A stretch of DNA of 64,000 nucleotides from Candidatus Shapirobacteria bacterium (GTDB taxonomy: Bacteria; Patescibacteriota; Microgenomatia; UBA12405). The stretch's first letter is position 1. Each line of letters opens with the position of its first letter. Position numbers and translations under genes: made by a program. Shown piece after piece: positions 51,210 to 61,715 of this stretch. The DNA lies in contig JBAZTV010000003.1 in the NCBI GenBank assembly GCA_041661765.1, positions 1,064-65,063 on the forward strand, in the 5' to 3' direction. The notes below the pieces were generated by a model. The model was not told where the DNA came from, did not search any database, and saw nothing but the letters and a program-made list of their open reading frames with translations.

Positions 51210-51249
51210 GCCGCCCTGTCAAGGGAGGTGCCCGAAGGGCGGAGGGTTT
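51210..51249 (+). repeat. G-tailed palindromic element (intergenic, un-nested form)
   Basis: GCCGCCCTGTCAAGGGAGGTGCCCGAAGGGCGGAGGGTTT. Confidence 0.9.
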
Positions 51250-51251
51250 AT

Positions 51252-51845
51252 ATGATAAAAGTAATAATCTTTGACGTCGGTGGAGTTTATCTAAAAGGTA
51301 GTTTTATTGATTTTATAAACAAATCGCGAAAACTGCTTGGCATTGATAAAAAATTTTACACCGACAAAGAAATAATTTTTGATAAAGATTTTAATCGAGG
51401 AAAAATTTCAGCCGAAATTTGTTTTCAAAATTATTTTAGTGTTCCTATTTCTGATTCTCAAATGAAACAAATTATCAAAATCTGGACCACCACTTGGAAA
51501 CCAACTCTCTCAATGAAAAATTTAATTATCAAATTAAAGAAGAATTATCGATTAGCCATTCTTTCAAATTCTGATCCTCTCAATTCACCTAATTATTATA
51601 AAAAAGGTTTGTATCAATATTTTGATCCAATAATTTTATCCCATGAATTGGGAATTTTAAAACCAGATAAGAAAATTTATGAAATTACTATTAAAAAACT
51701 AAAAGTTAAATCAAATGAATGTATTTTTATTGATGATCAAGAAGATAATTTAAAACCAGCCAAAGATATGGGTATGACCACAATTTTATTCAAATCTCCT
51801 CTTCAATTAAAACAAGATTTAAAAAAACTTTTTATTAAACTTTAA
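51252..51845 (+). CDS. HAD-family phosphatase
   Basis: FDVGGV, LSN, KPD, FIDD. Confidence 0.9.
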   Translation: MIKVIIFDVGGVYLKGSFIDFINKSRKLLGIDKKFYTDKEIIFDKDFNRGKISAEICFQNYFSVPISDSQMKQIIKIWTTTWKPTLSMKNLIIKLKKNYRLAILSNSDPLNSPNYYKKGLYQYFDPIILSHELGILKPDKKIYEITIKKLKVKSNECIFIDDQEDNLKPAKDMGMTTILFKSPLQLKQDLKKLFIKL

Positions 51846-51852
51846 AATTAAA

Positions 51853-52092
51853 ATGACAGAAAAATTATCTAACAATATTTGTATTTGTTGTCTTCCGTTA
51901 AATTCTAACCCTCTATTAAAACAATTTATTAATGATGGAAAATTAAAATGTTCTTCAACTGTTTTTTGTGATCAAAGGATTCCTTTTACTTTTGATGAAA
52001 TAAACAACCAAGATATTGATTGTGTTGGTCCAAATAATCCAGATTGTCCCAAAAAACCTCTAGAAAACAAAAGTTATAAAAATTTGTTATAA
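51853..52092 (+). CDS. Small Cys-rich hypothetical protein
   Basis: 79 aa, 7 Cys, fills gap between HAD gene and rpmE. Confidence 0.45.
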   Translation: MTEKLSNNICICCLPLNSNPLLKQFINDGKLKCSSTVFCDQRIPFTFDEINNQDIDCVGPNNPDCPKKPLENKSYKNLL

Positions 52093-52100
52093 TATACCCT

Positions 52101-52358
52101 ATGAAACAAGGAATTCATCCTAAATATTTTGACGATTGCCAAGTTAATTGTGCTTGCGGCAATAAATTTACCACTGGCTCAACTTTAGAAAAAATTGACG
52201 TTGAAGTTTGTTCTAAATGTCATCCATTCTTTACTGGTCAACAAAAATTCGTTGACATCAAAGGAAGAATTGATAAATTTAACGAAAAGGTTAGTCAAGG
52301 TAAAAAATACGCTGCTGCTAAAGCTACTATTAAAAAAGCCGTCAAAAAATCAAACTAG
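52101..52358 (+). CDS. rpmE: 50S ribosomal protein L31 (Zn-binding type)
   Basis: [23 protein letters not shown]. Confidence 0.98.
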   Translation: MKQGIHPKYFDDCQVNCACGNKFTTGSTLEKIDVEVCSKCHPFFTGQQKFVDIKGRIDKFNEKVSQGKKYAAAKATIKKAVKKSN

Positions 52359-52365
52359 TTACTTT

Positions 52366-52400
52366 AAAAACCGTTTAAATTTTATAATTTGACGGTTTTT
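52366..52400 (+). terminator. Intrinsic terminator after rpmE
   Basis: AAAAACCGT...ACGGTTTTT. Confidence 0.7.
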
Positions 52401-52425
52401 ATTTTATTAAAAATTTTAAATATCT

Positions 52426-53154
52426 ATGCCTACAATTAACCCCAACATTGCCATTATGGAATTTCACCCAGGTCCGGGAGGTCAAGAAGCGTCTTTATGG
52501 GCCCAAGATTTAATGAATATGTACATTCGCTACGCCGGAAAAGTTAATTGGAAAGTTAGCCAACTTGATGGTTTTATTATTCAAATTTCCGGTTTTGATG
52601 CTTATAACCAATTAAAATACGAAGCCGGCACTCATCGTGTCCAAAGAATTCCTATTACCGAAAAACGCGGTCGTCTTCAAACATCAACCGCCTCAATTGC
52701 AATTATGCCTAAAATTGATTCCAAAGAAGTTAATTTTAGAATGGAAGATGTCACCATCACCGCTTGTCGTGCCGGTGGTAACGGTGGACAGAATGTTAAT
52801 AAAGTATCTACAGCAGTCCATTTAGTTCACAAACCAACCGGTTTAATGTTTGACGTTAGAACCGAAAGATATCAACAACAAAACAGAGAAATCGCTCTTG
52901 AACTTCTTAAAAATAAACTTTGGCAAATTGAAGAGGAAAAACGTGCCTCTCAAGTTTCGGCTGGCCGAGCAAACATTAGTCAATCAACTAGAGCTGATAA
53001 AATTCGAACATATAATTACCCCAGAAATCAAATAAAAGACCATCGCATCGACAAATCTTTCAACAACTTAGACTCCATTGTGCAGGGCAATTTGGACGAT
53101 TTACTACTCGAACTCACCATCCTCGACCAACCAGAAACCGCCACAAAAGATTAA
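52426..53154 (+). CDS. prfA: Peptide chain release factor 1, lacking N-terminal domain
   Basis: [15 protein letters not shown] (PxT), [14 protein letters not shown]; 242 aa; follows rpmE. Confidence 0.88.
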   Translation: MPTINPNIAIMEFHPGPGGQEASLWAQDLMNMYIRYAGKVNWKVSQLDGFIIQISGFDAYNQLKYEAGTHRVQRIPITEKRGRLQTSTASIAIMPKIDSKEVNFRMEDVTITACRAGGNGGQNVNKVSTAVHLVHKPTGLMFDVRTERYQQQNREIALELLKNKLWQIEEEKRASQVSAGRANISQSTRADKIRTYNYPRNQIKDHRIDKSFNNLDSIVQGNLDDLLLELTILDQPETATKD

Positions 53155-53893
53155 ACCTCATTCTTTCAAAATTAGTAATCTCTTGATCCTCAATTACCAC
53201 TCCAGTAAATCTTCCTTTTTTAAAAGATATAAACGCTACTTTATTATCCCAAAGCATATAATCAGTATCTGTACTATTTTCTCTTGGTATTGAAATTATT
53301 GTATTTAGTTTTGTTGAATATTTCTTTATATATTCTAAATCCCATTTAGAATCAGTTACAATTTCATTCGTTTCTATTCCCTTTTGAATTAATCTTTTTT
53401 CATAATTATCAATAAATTTTTCAAATTCAGAGTTAATAATTTGAGTCAAACAAAAAACCAAAATCTGCTTTGCTTCTAATGTTTCATTATAAATTTGTTT
53501 AATTGATTCCAAACCCTCATAAAATCTAACCTTAGAATTCAAATCAACAGTAGAATATAGTTTAATTTGAGGTAAAAATTCTTTGGCCAAATTAAACGCA
53601 TTTTCCGACTTTTCTTTTTCCTCTTTCAATAGATCAATTAATTTATCTGGATTTTGAGCCACTAAACTCCTTTTTTTTCCAAAGGGTGTCTCCATTACTA
53701 AACCCAAAAATTTTAGTCTTTCTAAAATTAGATAACAAGTACTTCTTGCCACCCCTATATTTTTCGAGATCTGATTAATAGTTGTCTTCCCATTAACCAA
53801 ACAATTTAAGTAAAAATCAGCCGATTTATCGTCTAATTTTAAATATTGAAAAACTGTTTTCAGTTCACTTTTAATCTTATCTTTTTCTATCAT
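53114..53893 (-). CDS. TrmB-family transcriptional regulator
   Basis: HTH (ARSTCY.IL.RL..LGLV), VRFYEG.ESIK, PLD-like C-terminus. Confidence 0.85.
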   Translation of the reverse strand: MIEKDKIKSELKTVFQYLKLDDKSADFYLNCLVNGKTTINQISKNIGVARSTCYLILERLKFLGLVMETPFGKKRSLVAQNPDKLIDLLKEEKEKSENAFNLAKEFLPQIKLYSTVDLNSKVRFYEGLESIKQIYNETLEAKQILVFCLTQIINSEFEKFIDNYEKRLIQKGIETNEIVTDSKWDLEYIKKYSTKLNTIISIPRENSTDTDYMLWDNKVAFISFKKGRFTGVVIEDQEITNFERMRFNLLWRFLVGRGW

Positions 53894-53996
53894 GACCAAA
53901 TTATAACATAAATGTCGACGTTTATGACGATTTTTGTAGTTCCATTTATTTATAGATAAAATAGCCCATTATTTAATTTAATAACAAAAAAATAAT

Positions 53997-54773
53997 ATGA
54001 TAGAAATACAAAATTCAGATAGAAATGTCGCTTTTGCCGCGTACAAAATCGCTTTAAAAGAAGAAAGTCCACATGAAATTAATGGACAAAAATATCTAGC
54101 TAAACCACTAGAGTCAAGTGTTTTTATAAAAAAAATAAATAATTTATTATCAAATCCATCTGATCCATACACTACAATAGAAGAAAGTTTAAAATTCACT
54201 GCCAACAACTCAGAAACTTTTTGTGGCCTTAGCCCTGAAAATTATTACAAAAATAAAGAAGAACAAGAATCCATCATCAATGGAGCTGTCAGCGAATTAA
54301 CACAAATGATGGCTGTTTTAATTGAAAATGATTATAAAAATATAGTTATTCCACAACAATTAAAGAAAATATTTAGTGAAATTAAAAAGCCCACAGCAGA
54401 AAACATTATCAAAGGCACCAGAAGAGGTATGAAAACCGCTGAAAAATGTCACGCTTGTGAACAAGTCGACCCTATGGTTGGAGCCATGGTTCACACCGCT
54501 TCAGGAATATTAACAAAAATTATTAAAACAGGTTCAAATTTTATTAATTCAAATCCTGACTTAGCCAATCTTTGGAAAGATACATATTTTGAAGGAAGTA
54601 TCTCTGAATTAAGCAGTCCAAAAACAACTGGTATTGTTGATGTCTTGATAGTAATAACTGAAAGAAATAAAGAAAAATTTCCCAATATGGATAAGTTTTT
54701 TAGTTCCAATCTTAAATTAGAAGGATTTGAAGGAACTTATTACGACATGGTCAACATACCCGAATATCAATAA
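53997..54773 (+). CDS. Hypothetical protein
   Basis: 258-aa ORF, CHAC motif. Confidence 0.65.
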   Translation: MIEIQNSDRNVAFAAYKIALKEESPHEINGQKYLAKPLESSVFIKKINNLLSNPSDPYTTIEESLKFTANNSETFCGLSPENYYKNKEEQESIINGAVSELTQMMAVLIENDYKNIVIPQQLKKIFSEIKKPTAENIIKGTRRGMKTAEKCHACEQVDPMVGAMVHTASGILTKIIKTGSNFINSNPDLANLWKDTYFEGSISELSSPKTTGIVDVLIVITERNKEKFPNMDKFFSSNLKLEGFEGTYYDMVNIPEYQ

Positions 54774-54775
54774 AC

Positions 54776-55495
54776 ATGATTATTGATAAAAATAACTCCG
54801 AGAGAAAAAAATTAGTTGATTTAATTCAACCTGAAAATAAAATTATTTTAGAAATTGGTTGTGGTGACGGCACAATCGCTAAATATATTTCCCCTCTTTG
54901 TCAAAAATATATTGGTATTGATGTCAATAAAAATATTATAGCTAAAGCCAAAAAAAATAACAAAAATAAAAATCTAATTTTTAATCAAACTTCTAGTAAA
55001 AACATTAAATTCCCAAACAATTCATTTGATACCGTCTTAATGCATTTATGCTTTCATGAGATCGCTGTTCAAAAACAAGGTTTAGTACTACAAGAAATTA
55101 ATCGAGTTCTTAAAAAAGGTGGCCAATTACTAATAGTTGACCCAACTGAACCACCAGATCAGGTTCAACAAATATTCAATGTTGCTTATAAAAACTTTCA
55201 ATATTTTGATCATTCAACTGTTGTAAAACATTCCATGTGGTCAATTAAAGAATCTATTTTCAATAAATTATTCAAAATAAATAAATTATCAAGTTATAAA
55301 GTTGACTGGAAATTTAATGATTTTAAAGAATTAATCGATTTCGTTATTAGTTGTTCCAAAGAAATTGTTTGGGATAAAAATAAAAAACAATTTTTAGAAA
55401 AAGAATTAATTAAAATTGCCAAACCAAAAAATAAAACCAATGCCATTATTATTTACGACAGTTTAACCATTAATAATTTAATAAATTTAAAATAA
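54776..55495 (+). CDS. Class I SAM-dependent methyltransferase
   Basis: ILEIGCGDG, FDTV, RVLKKGG. Confidence 0.9.
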   Translation: MIIDKNNSERKKLVDLIQPENKIILEIGCGDGTIAKYISPLCQKYIGIDVNKNIIAKAKKNNKNKNLIFNQTSSKNIKFPNNSFDTVLMHLCFHEIAVQKQGLVLQEINRVLKKGGQLLIVDPTEPPDQVQQIFNVAYKNFQYFDHSTVVKHSMWSIKESIFNKLFKINKLSSYKVDWKFNDFKELIDFVISCSKEIVWDKNKKQFLEKELIKIAKPKNKTNAIIIYDSLTINNLINLK

Positions 55496-56095
55496 ATGCC
55501 AGCCATAATTAATTTTAAAATCTGTGATAATTCTGATGAATGTGGCGGTTTAACTGTTTGCCCAACTAAAGCCATAACTTGGGATAATATTAAAAAAACT
55601 CTTATTATCGATGAAAACAAATGTACTAATTGCGGTTTATGTGTCAAGGCTTGTCCTATTGGTGCTATTAAAGTCGCTGCCGATGTTGATTTTGAATTTA
55701 TTAAACAAAAATTTAAAAATGATACTCGAAAAACTTCAGATCTTTTTATTGATCGTTACGGTGCCCAATCCACTAATAAGACTTCTTTAATTTCTTATGC
55801 TTATTTTCAATCAATAATTAATAAAAAAAATCCAATGGCTTTTGAAGTTTTTAATTCAACTTCTACGATGTGTTTAATTAATTCTATTCCCATCCGTGAA
55901 TTATTCAAAAAAAACATTTTATATAATCGAATCGATACTAAAACTGATAAAACTTTAATTAACGGATATAAAATTAAAGAGCTACCATGTCTATTATTTT
56001 TCGAAAATAGCCAATTTAAAGATAAAATTGAAGGCTATTTTAACACTACCCAAAAAGAAATTTTATTGGAAAAAATAAAAAAAATTGGTTTTTAA
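55496..56095 (+). CDS. 4Fe-4S dicluster protein with thioredoxin-like C-terminus
   Basis: CDNSDEC..CP; CTNCGLCVKACP; IKELPCLLFF. Confidence 0.85.
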   Translation: MPAIINFKICDNSDECGGLTVCPTKAITWDNIKKTLIIDENKCTNCGLCVKACPIGAIKVAADVDFEFIKQKFKNDTRKTSDLFIDRYGAQSTNKTSLISYAYFQSIINKKNPMAFEVFNSTSTMCLINSIPIRELFKKNILYNRIDTKTDKTLINGYKIKELPCLLFFENSQFKDKIEGYFNTTQKEILLEKIKKIGF

Positions 56096-57129
56096 CTCTC
56101 CTTTTTCTCCAAAGTCACATTTATTTTTTGTTCAGATTTGTCCCGCCAAACCATCACCTCAATCACCTGCCCGATCTTTTTCTTATTAATTACCTTAACC
56201 AAATCCCCACTGTCACTGTTCACTAATTTTTCTCCATCAATCGCCGTAATAATATCCCCAATTTTAATTCCGGCTTTACTGGCCGGGCTATTATCAGAAA
56301 TTTGTTGCACCCACGCCCCCGTCACCACTTTATTTTTCACTGCCTCCTCTTGAGTCACCATTTTATATCCCACCCCCAAATATGGCCGATCAAATTCTCC
56401 TGTTTGTTTAAAATAATTCAACGATTCTTTAATTAAATTTATCGGCAGAGCAAAACCAATATTTTGGCCATTAGCCGACACTGCCACATTAACCCCAATT
56501 ACTTGACCGCCGGAATTAAATAATGGGCCACCGGAATTTCCCGGATTAATGGCCGCGTCAGTTTGAATCACATTATCCAATTTTTCCGTATTTTCAGCTG
56601 ATCCAGCCACAATTCCTCTTCCTAGTCCAGAAACCACTCCCGTCGTCACTGTCGATCTAAATTCTCCCAAAGCTGTTCCAATCGCAATTACTGATTGTCC
56701 TACCTTCAACTTATCTGAATCACCCAAATTAACTGCACTTAAACCAGTTTTTTTCACCCTAAGAATGGCCAAATCATTCAATGGATCTCTGTAAATATTT
56801 TCAACCTCCACCACTTCATCCTTACCAATTATCACTTTATATTTAAGCGTCATGTCCACCACCACATGTTTATTAGTCACAATTAAACCATCACTACTAA
56901 CAATAAAACCACTACCCACATCTTGATTACCACCATCAGTCTTTTCCATCGAAATCGTTACCACACTTGGAGTTGCATCTTCCACCACGGTTGTCACCAC
57001 CGATTCTTCGTCTATAATTTCTTTTTTATTAATTATCTCTGTTTTACCATCAAATTTATTAATTAAATTGAAACTCGAAAGCATCACCACTATCCCCAGA
57101 ATTAATCCCACCAATATCCCTTTTTTCAT
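56092..57129 (-). CDS. HtrA/DegP serine protease with PDZ
   Basis: GSGF, TNKHV, DLAIL, QTDAAINPGNSGGPL. Confidence 0.95.
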   Translation of the reverse strand: MKKGILVGLILGIVVMLSSFNLINKFDGKTEIINKKEIIDEESVVTTVVEDATPSVVTISMEKTDGGNQDVGSGFIVSSDGLIVTNKHVVVDMTLKYKVIIGKDEVVEVENIYRDPLNDLAILRVKKTGLSAVNLGDSDKLKVGQSVIAIGTALGEFRSTVTTGVVSGLGRGIVAGSAENTEKLDNVIQTDAAINPGNSGGPLFNSGGQVIGVNVAVSANGQNIGFALPINLIKESLNYFKQTGEFDRPYLGVGYKMVTQEEAVKNKVVTGAWVQQISDNSPASKAGIKIGDIITAIDGEKLVNSDSGDLVKVINKKKIGQVIEVMVWRDKSEQKINVTLEKKES

Positions 57130-57133
57130 AAAA

Positions 57134-58342
57134 TTATTTTAAGAGTATTTCAATTGCCTTCTCTAATTGTGTATCAGTTTTAGCATCATCAGCAATCTTT
57201 ACCTCCACATCCGGCATTATTCCTTCCTTGTGAATATTTTTTCCGCTTGGCAATAACCATTTGGCAATTGTCACATGTAAACCACTACCATCAGAAAAAT
57301 CTTCCGGCTGTTGCACTGTTCCTTTACCAAAACTTTTTAATCCCACCAATTTTGCTCTATTATAATCTTTAAGTGCTCCAGCTAAAATTTCCGATGCCGA
57401 AGCCGATCCCCCATTTATTAATACCACCAATTTATCGTCCAATAAATTTCCTCTACCTGCTTCAACATTATATTTCTCCTCACTACCATCATAAGATTTT
57501 TGTGTCACAATCGTGCCCTCTTTTATAAAATCAGAAGCCACTAAAACACTAGCCTGTAAATATCCACCTGGATTATTTCTCAAATCCAACACAATTCCGC
57601 CAAAATTTCCTTTAGCTTTTTCTGCATTAATTTCTTCTACTTTTTTAAGCCAATCAGTAAATAATGTCTCAGTAAATTGATTTATTCGCACCCAAGCCAC
57701 TTTCTTTCCATCTTGTTCTTTCCACTCCAAAGTTATATTTGGTACCACAATTTTATCTCTTTTTAAAACCACGTCAAAATAATCGCTTTTACCCTCTCTA
57801 TACATTTTTAAAGTCACTTCAGTTCCAATTTTTCCTCTAATCAAACTCACCGCATCATCTAAGGCAATATCTGTTGTATCTTTATCGACATTATTCACTT
57901 TGTCGGTTATATGTAAAATTAAATCACCAGCCTTTACCCCCGCTTTCTCTGCTGGAGTACCTACCAATGGTGACATCACTGCCAATGTTTTATCTTTATA
58001 TCCTAAAGAAATCCCCACCCCACCAAACTCTCCAGCTAATGTCTCATTTGTACTTTTATTTTCATCAGGAGTCAAAAATACCGTATATGGATCATCTAAT
58101 GCTGCCACCATTCCCTTAACCGCCCCATATTCCATATTTTTATCCACCAACTTATCTTTTTCCAAAAACGTTTGATTTAATTGATTTTTAACCTTCCACA
58201 TTAAAGTCAAATTCAAGTTATCACCAACACCACTAGTCACCACACCAGCCGTTTCCCTTCCAATTTTGAAGCTAACTAAAGAAACAACCGATAATAACGC
58301 TAAAATTATAAAAAGATTTCTTATATTTCTAAATTTCATCAT
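57134..58342 (-). CDS. S41 carboxy-terminal processing protease
   Basis: DPYT, LDLRNNPGG, SASASEI, FGKGTVQ. Confidence 0.95.
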   Translation of the reverse strand: MMKFRNIRNLFIILALLSVVSLVSFKIGRETAGVVTSGVGDNLNLTLMWKVKNQLNQTFLEKDKLVDKNMEYGAVKGMVAALDDPYTVFLTPDENKSTNETLAGEFGGVGISLGYKDKTLAVMSPLVGTPAEKAGVKAGDLILHITDKVNNVDKDTTDIALDDAVSLIRGKIGTEVTLKMYREGKSDYFDVVLKRDKIVVPNITLEWKEQDGKKVAWVRINQFTETLFTDWLKKVEEINAEKAKGNFGGIVLDLRNNPGGYLQASVLVASDFIKEGTIVTQKSYDGSEEKYNVEAGRGNLLDDKLVVLINGGSASASEILAGALKDYNRAKLVGLKSFGKGTVQQPEDFSDGSGLHVTIAKWLLPSGKNIHKEGIMPDVEVKIADDAKTDTQLEKAIEILLK

Positions 58343-59089
58343 CTATTCTAACACTAATAATAGTCTATCCATCTTAGCATTTACTAAGATCTTCTTTTTC
58401 TTTCCCAAATTTTCTTTCATAAATTCATTCCAAATTTGTTCTTCTAATCTCAATACTGGAACATCCATATCAACTTCTTTAACCTCATCATTATTCTTTA
58501 CCACCACAGCCTTAACTCCAACCACCTGGGCTTTCAATAAAAACGCTCTATTTAAATTAGTAGTAAATAAAATATTATCATCCATTTCGTAATCTAAAAA
58601 TTTTACCTCATCAATAATCTTAACTTCACCTTCTCCCCAAGCTTTCAATCCATTTAACCCTTGACCCTCATACTCTTTAGCTTTAAATTCTAAAACTAAC
58701 TTTCCATCTTCTATTTTTCCAACTCTAGCCTCAATTGGCGAAAAAATTTCTCTTTCTTCATCTTCAACTTTTTCTATTTTTAAATTTTTAAATTCATCAA
58801 AACCCAAACAAACACCCGTCAATGGAAAACAAATTTTATTTTTAAAAAATCCTATTTCATAAAAAATTTCCCCCTCTTGAACCATTTTTTCTTTAAAAAA
58901 GTTGTCCAATTCTCCTCTCTTTCTTTCACTCATTTTCGCCAAATCTCCACTGTAACTAAAAGTCTCTACCACATGACTATTAAAAATAGCCAATTTTTGA
59001 CCCACATCAACTTTATCCCCAACCTCAACTAAAAGCTTTGCCTTAGCCGGCAATTTAATAACCCATGTCCCTTTATCTTTAATGCTCAT
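58343..59089 (-). CDS. Conserved hypothetical protein
   Basis: 248 aa; LLVEVGDKV barrel-like motif; operon with proteases. Confidence 0.7.
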   Translation of the reverse strand: MSIKDKGTWVIKLPAKAKLLVEVGDKVDVGQKLAIFNSHVVETFSYSGDLAKMSERKRGELDNFFKEKMVQEGEIFYEIGFFKNKICFPLTGVCLGFDEFKNLKIEKVEDEEREIFSPIEARVGKIEDGKLVLEFKAKEYEGQGLNGLKAWGEGEVKIIDEVKFLDYEMDDNILFTTNLNRAFLLKAQVVGVKAVVVKNNDEVKEVDMDVPVLRLEEQIWNEFMKENLGKKKKILVNAKMDRLLLVLE

Positions 59090-59104
59090 TATTTAATTAT
59101 AACC

Positions 59105-59129
59105 AAAAAACCCCGCCAATGCGGGGTTT
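59105..59129 (-). terminator. Intrinsic terminator after rpsR
   Basis: AAACCCCGC-CAAT-GCGGGGTTT with A-run (U-tract on minus). Confidence 0.8.
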
Positions 59130-59151
59130 AAAATTTCTCTCAAAAAACAAG

Positions 59152-59184
59152 TCCCTCTTGTCAAAGAGGGATTTAGGGAGATTT
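59152..59184 (+). repeat. G-tailed palindromic element (intergenic)
   Basis: TCCCTCTT-GTCA-AAGAGGGA-TTTAGGGAGATTT; same GTCA loop as 14387 copy. Confidence 0.8.
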
Positions 59185-59435
59185 TATTGAGTTGTAAAAG
59201 GCAATAAAGCCAAATGCCTTGCTTGTTTAATAGCCTTCATTAATTTTCTTTGATGTTTGGCACAAGTTCCACTAAATTGAGATCCCACAATTCTCGATCT
59301 AGCCGACAAAAATTCTCTCATTTTTTCATAATCTTGCCAAGTCGGAACACTGTTAATTTTACAAAAAGAACAACCTTTCTCTCGCCCTCTTCTTTTTGCT
59401 GCTAATATATTATCTTTTTTACTTTTCTTTATCAT
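59184..59435 (-). CDS. rpsR: 30S ribosomal protein S18
   Basis: CSFC, CAKHQR, AIKQARHLALLPF. Confidence 0.97.
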   Translation of the reverse strand: MIKKSKKDNILAAKRRGREKGCSFCKINSVPTWQDYEKMREFLSARSRIVGSQFSGTCAKHQRKLMKAIKQARHLALLPFTTQ

Positions 59436-59444
59436 ATCTTCTCC

Positions 59445-59972
59445 TTAAAAAGGCATTTCATCACCTTTCTTTTCTTCAGTAATCAAAATTTCTCCTTCCT
59501 TTTTATTATCATCCACGATTGGAATTTCTCCCAAATCATCCGGAATAACAATATCTTCAATTGGAGACCCTTGGCTTCCAACTGATAAATCTGTACCACC
59601 AAAGTCACCAGAAACATCATGGTCACCAGTATTACCCTTATTATCAAGAATGATCATATCATCAATAATAATTTCAGCAATTTGTTTTTTATTATTCTCT
59701 TGATCAACAAAATCTCTATATTGAATTCTTCCATCAACATAAACTCTTCGACCTTTAGACAAAAGTTGTGAACAAAGCTCAGCCAACTTATTCCAAGCTA
59801 CAATTCGATGAAATTGAGCATCTTCTTTTCGCTCACCCTGCTTAGTTACCCAAACTCTATTGGTAGCTAAACCAAAAGAAACCACCGCCATACCAGCTGG
59901 TGTATATCTTAACTCTGGATCACGAGTTAAATTTCCTATTAACATTACTCTATTGAGACATCTACTTGGCAT
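59445..59972 (-). CDS. ssb: Single-stranded DNA-binding protein
   Basis: NRVMLIGNLTRDPELRYT; acidic tail DEMPF. Confidence 0.97.
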   Translation of the reverse strand: MPSRCLNRVMLIGNLTRDPELRYTPAGMAVVSFGLATNRVWVTKQGERKEDAQFHRIVAWNKLAELCSQLLSKGRRVYVDGRIQYRDFVDQENNKKQIAEIIIDDMIILDNKGNTGDHDVSGDFGGTDLSVGSQGSPIEDIVIPDDLGEIPIVDDNKKEGEILITEEKKGDEMPF

Positions 59973-59985
59973 AAGTTTTCTCCTA

Positions 59986-60276
59986 TTACTTTTTCAAAAT
60001 TAAATAACGAATAACATTTATTTCTCTGTCTAATAAAAGATTAAACTCTTTTATTTTTAAAGTTTCCTTAGATTCCACATCCAAAACCCAAAAATCACCC
60101 TTATTATGATTTTGAATTTCATAAGCCAAATCTTTAAGACCCATGTGATCTTTGTTTAAGATTTCTGCCTTATTGCTTTCTAACCAAGAATAAGCTTTAG
60201 TTAAAACCTTCTCCTTGTCTTCGGTTTTTGGACTTAAAACCAAAATAATTTGATATTGATATTTATTTCCTTTCAT
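59986..60276 (-). CDS. rpsF: 30S ribosomal protein S6
   Basis: GLKDLAYEI, VIRYLI; rpsF-ssb-rpsR order. Confidence 0.93.
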   Translation of the reverse strand: MKGNKYQYQIILVLSPKTEDKEKVLTKAYSWLESNKAEILNKDHMGLKDLAYEIQNHNKGDFWVLDVESKETLKIKEFNLLLDREINVIRYLILKK

Positions 60277-60314
60277 GAACTAAATAGATTAACATATTAA
60301 GCGCAATTTGACAA

Positions 60315-61715
60315 TTACGTTATTGGTCTTATTTTACAGGTATTTCCTAAATCTTCAACTAGATAACCTTTATTTTTAATAATTTCCCTTAATTTGTCAG
60401 ACTCCGTCCAATTCTTATTCTCTCTTGCCTTTTGCCTTTCATCTGCTAATTTTGCAATTTCTTCCGGAATCTTTTCCTCCTCAACTCTTTTATCTAAATT
60501 TAATCCTAAAACTTTATCAAAATCTAAAATAGTTGCATATCTTTTTTCAAAACTCAAATCTGAGTCTAATAATTCTGAAATAATTGCCAGTACTTCTGGT
60601 ATAGCTAAATCATTACTAATTGCTTCAATAAATCTATTTTTATAATCTTCATCAATAATATCTAAATTTGGTTCAATATTTCCTTTTTTAAAACCTTCTT
60701 TCCATAAAAATAAAATATTTTTTATTTTATTTAAACGATTTTCGGATACTTTTAAATTTTCTAATGAAAATTCAATTCCTTTTCTATAATGAGAACCTAA
60801 CACCATATATCTAAAAGCCATTGGATCAAAACCCATTTCTTTTAAATCAAAAATTGTGTAAAGCCCACCACTCGACTTACTAATTTTTTCTCCTTTAAAA
60901 GAAATAAAAGCATTATGCATCCAGTAATGAGCCGTGTTATGGCCAAAAGCCGCAAAAGATTGAGCAACTTCATTAGTATGATGAACTGGAATATGATCCT
61001 CCCCACCAGTATGAATATCAAAAATATCACCTAAATATTTAGTCGACATGGCTGTGCATTCAACATGCCACCCCGGAAATCCCATCCCCCAAGGACTTTC
61101 CCATTCCATTTGTCTTTTTTCATCCTTGGGACTAAATTTCCACAAAGCAAAGTCGCTTGGATTTTTCTTTTCCTCATTAATTTCCACCCTCACCCCTTCT
61201 CTTATTTTTTTCAAATCTAAATTGGCAAATTTTCCATAATCAATAAACTTAGACGTGTCAAAATAAATTCCATCACTTATTTTATAAGTAAAACCATTAT
61301 TCTCAATTTTTTTGATTAAATCAATTTGCTCCTGAATATGATCTGTTGCTCTTGGCATTTTCCAAGGCAATTCTATATTTAATTCTTTTAAATTTTCCAA
61401 AAATTCATTTTCATATTTCTTAGCAATTTCCCAAACCGTCAATCCTTCCTTTTTAGAACCTTTTTCCATCTTATCTTCACCACTATCCGCATCCGAAGTT
61501 AAATGACCAACATCTGTAATATTTATTACATTATTAACTCTATATCCTAAATACTTAAAAGTTCGCGTCAAAACATCCCAACAAACATAAGCATACATAT
61601 TACCAATATGTGGACTGGAATAAACTGTCGGTCCACAAGAATAAATCCCTACCTCATTTTTTTTAATAGGCTTAAATTCTTCTTTTTGTCTAATTAGAGT
61701 ATTATAAATTTTCAT
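60315..61715 (-). CDS. cysS: Cysteine--tRNA ligase
   Basis: CGPTVY, HIGN, DFALWK, PGWHVEC, KISKS. Confidence 0.98.
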   Translation of the reverse strand: MKIYNTLIRQKEEFKPIKKNEVGIYSCGPTVYSSPHIGNMYAYVCWDVLTRTFKYLGYRVNNVINITDVGHLTSDADSGEDKMEKGSKKEGLTVWEIAKKYENEFLENLKELNIELPWKMPRATDHIQEQIDLIKKIENNGFTYKISDGIYFDTSKFIDYGKFANLDLKKIREGVRVEINEEKKNPSDFALWKFSPKDEKRQMEWESPWGMGFPGWHVECTAMSTKYLGDIFDIHTGGEDHIPVHHTNEVAQSFAAFGHNTAHYWMHNAFISFKGEKISKSSGGLYTIFDLKEMGFDPMAFRYMVLGSHYRKGIEFSLENLKVSENRLNKIKNILFLWKEGFKKGNIEPNLDIIDEDYKNRFIEAISNDLAIPEVLAIISELLDSDLSFEKRYATILDFDKVLGLNLDKRVEEEKIPEEIAKLADERQKARENKNWTESDKLREIIKNKGYLVEDLGNTCKIRPIT

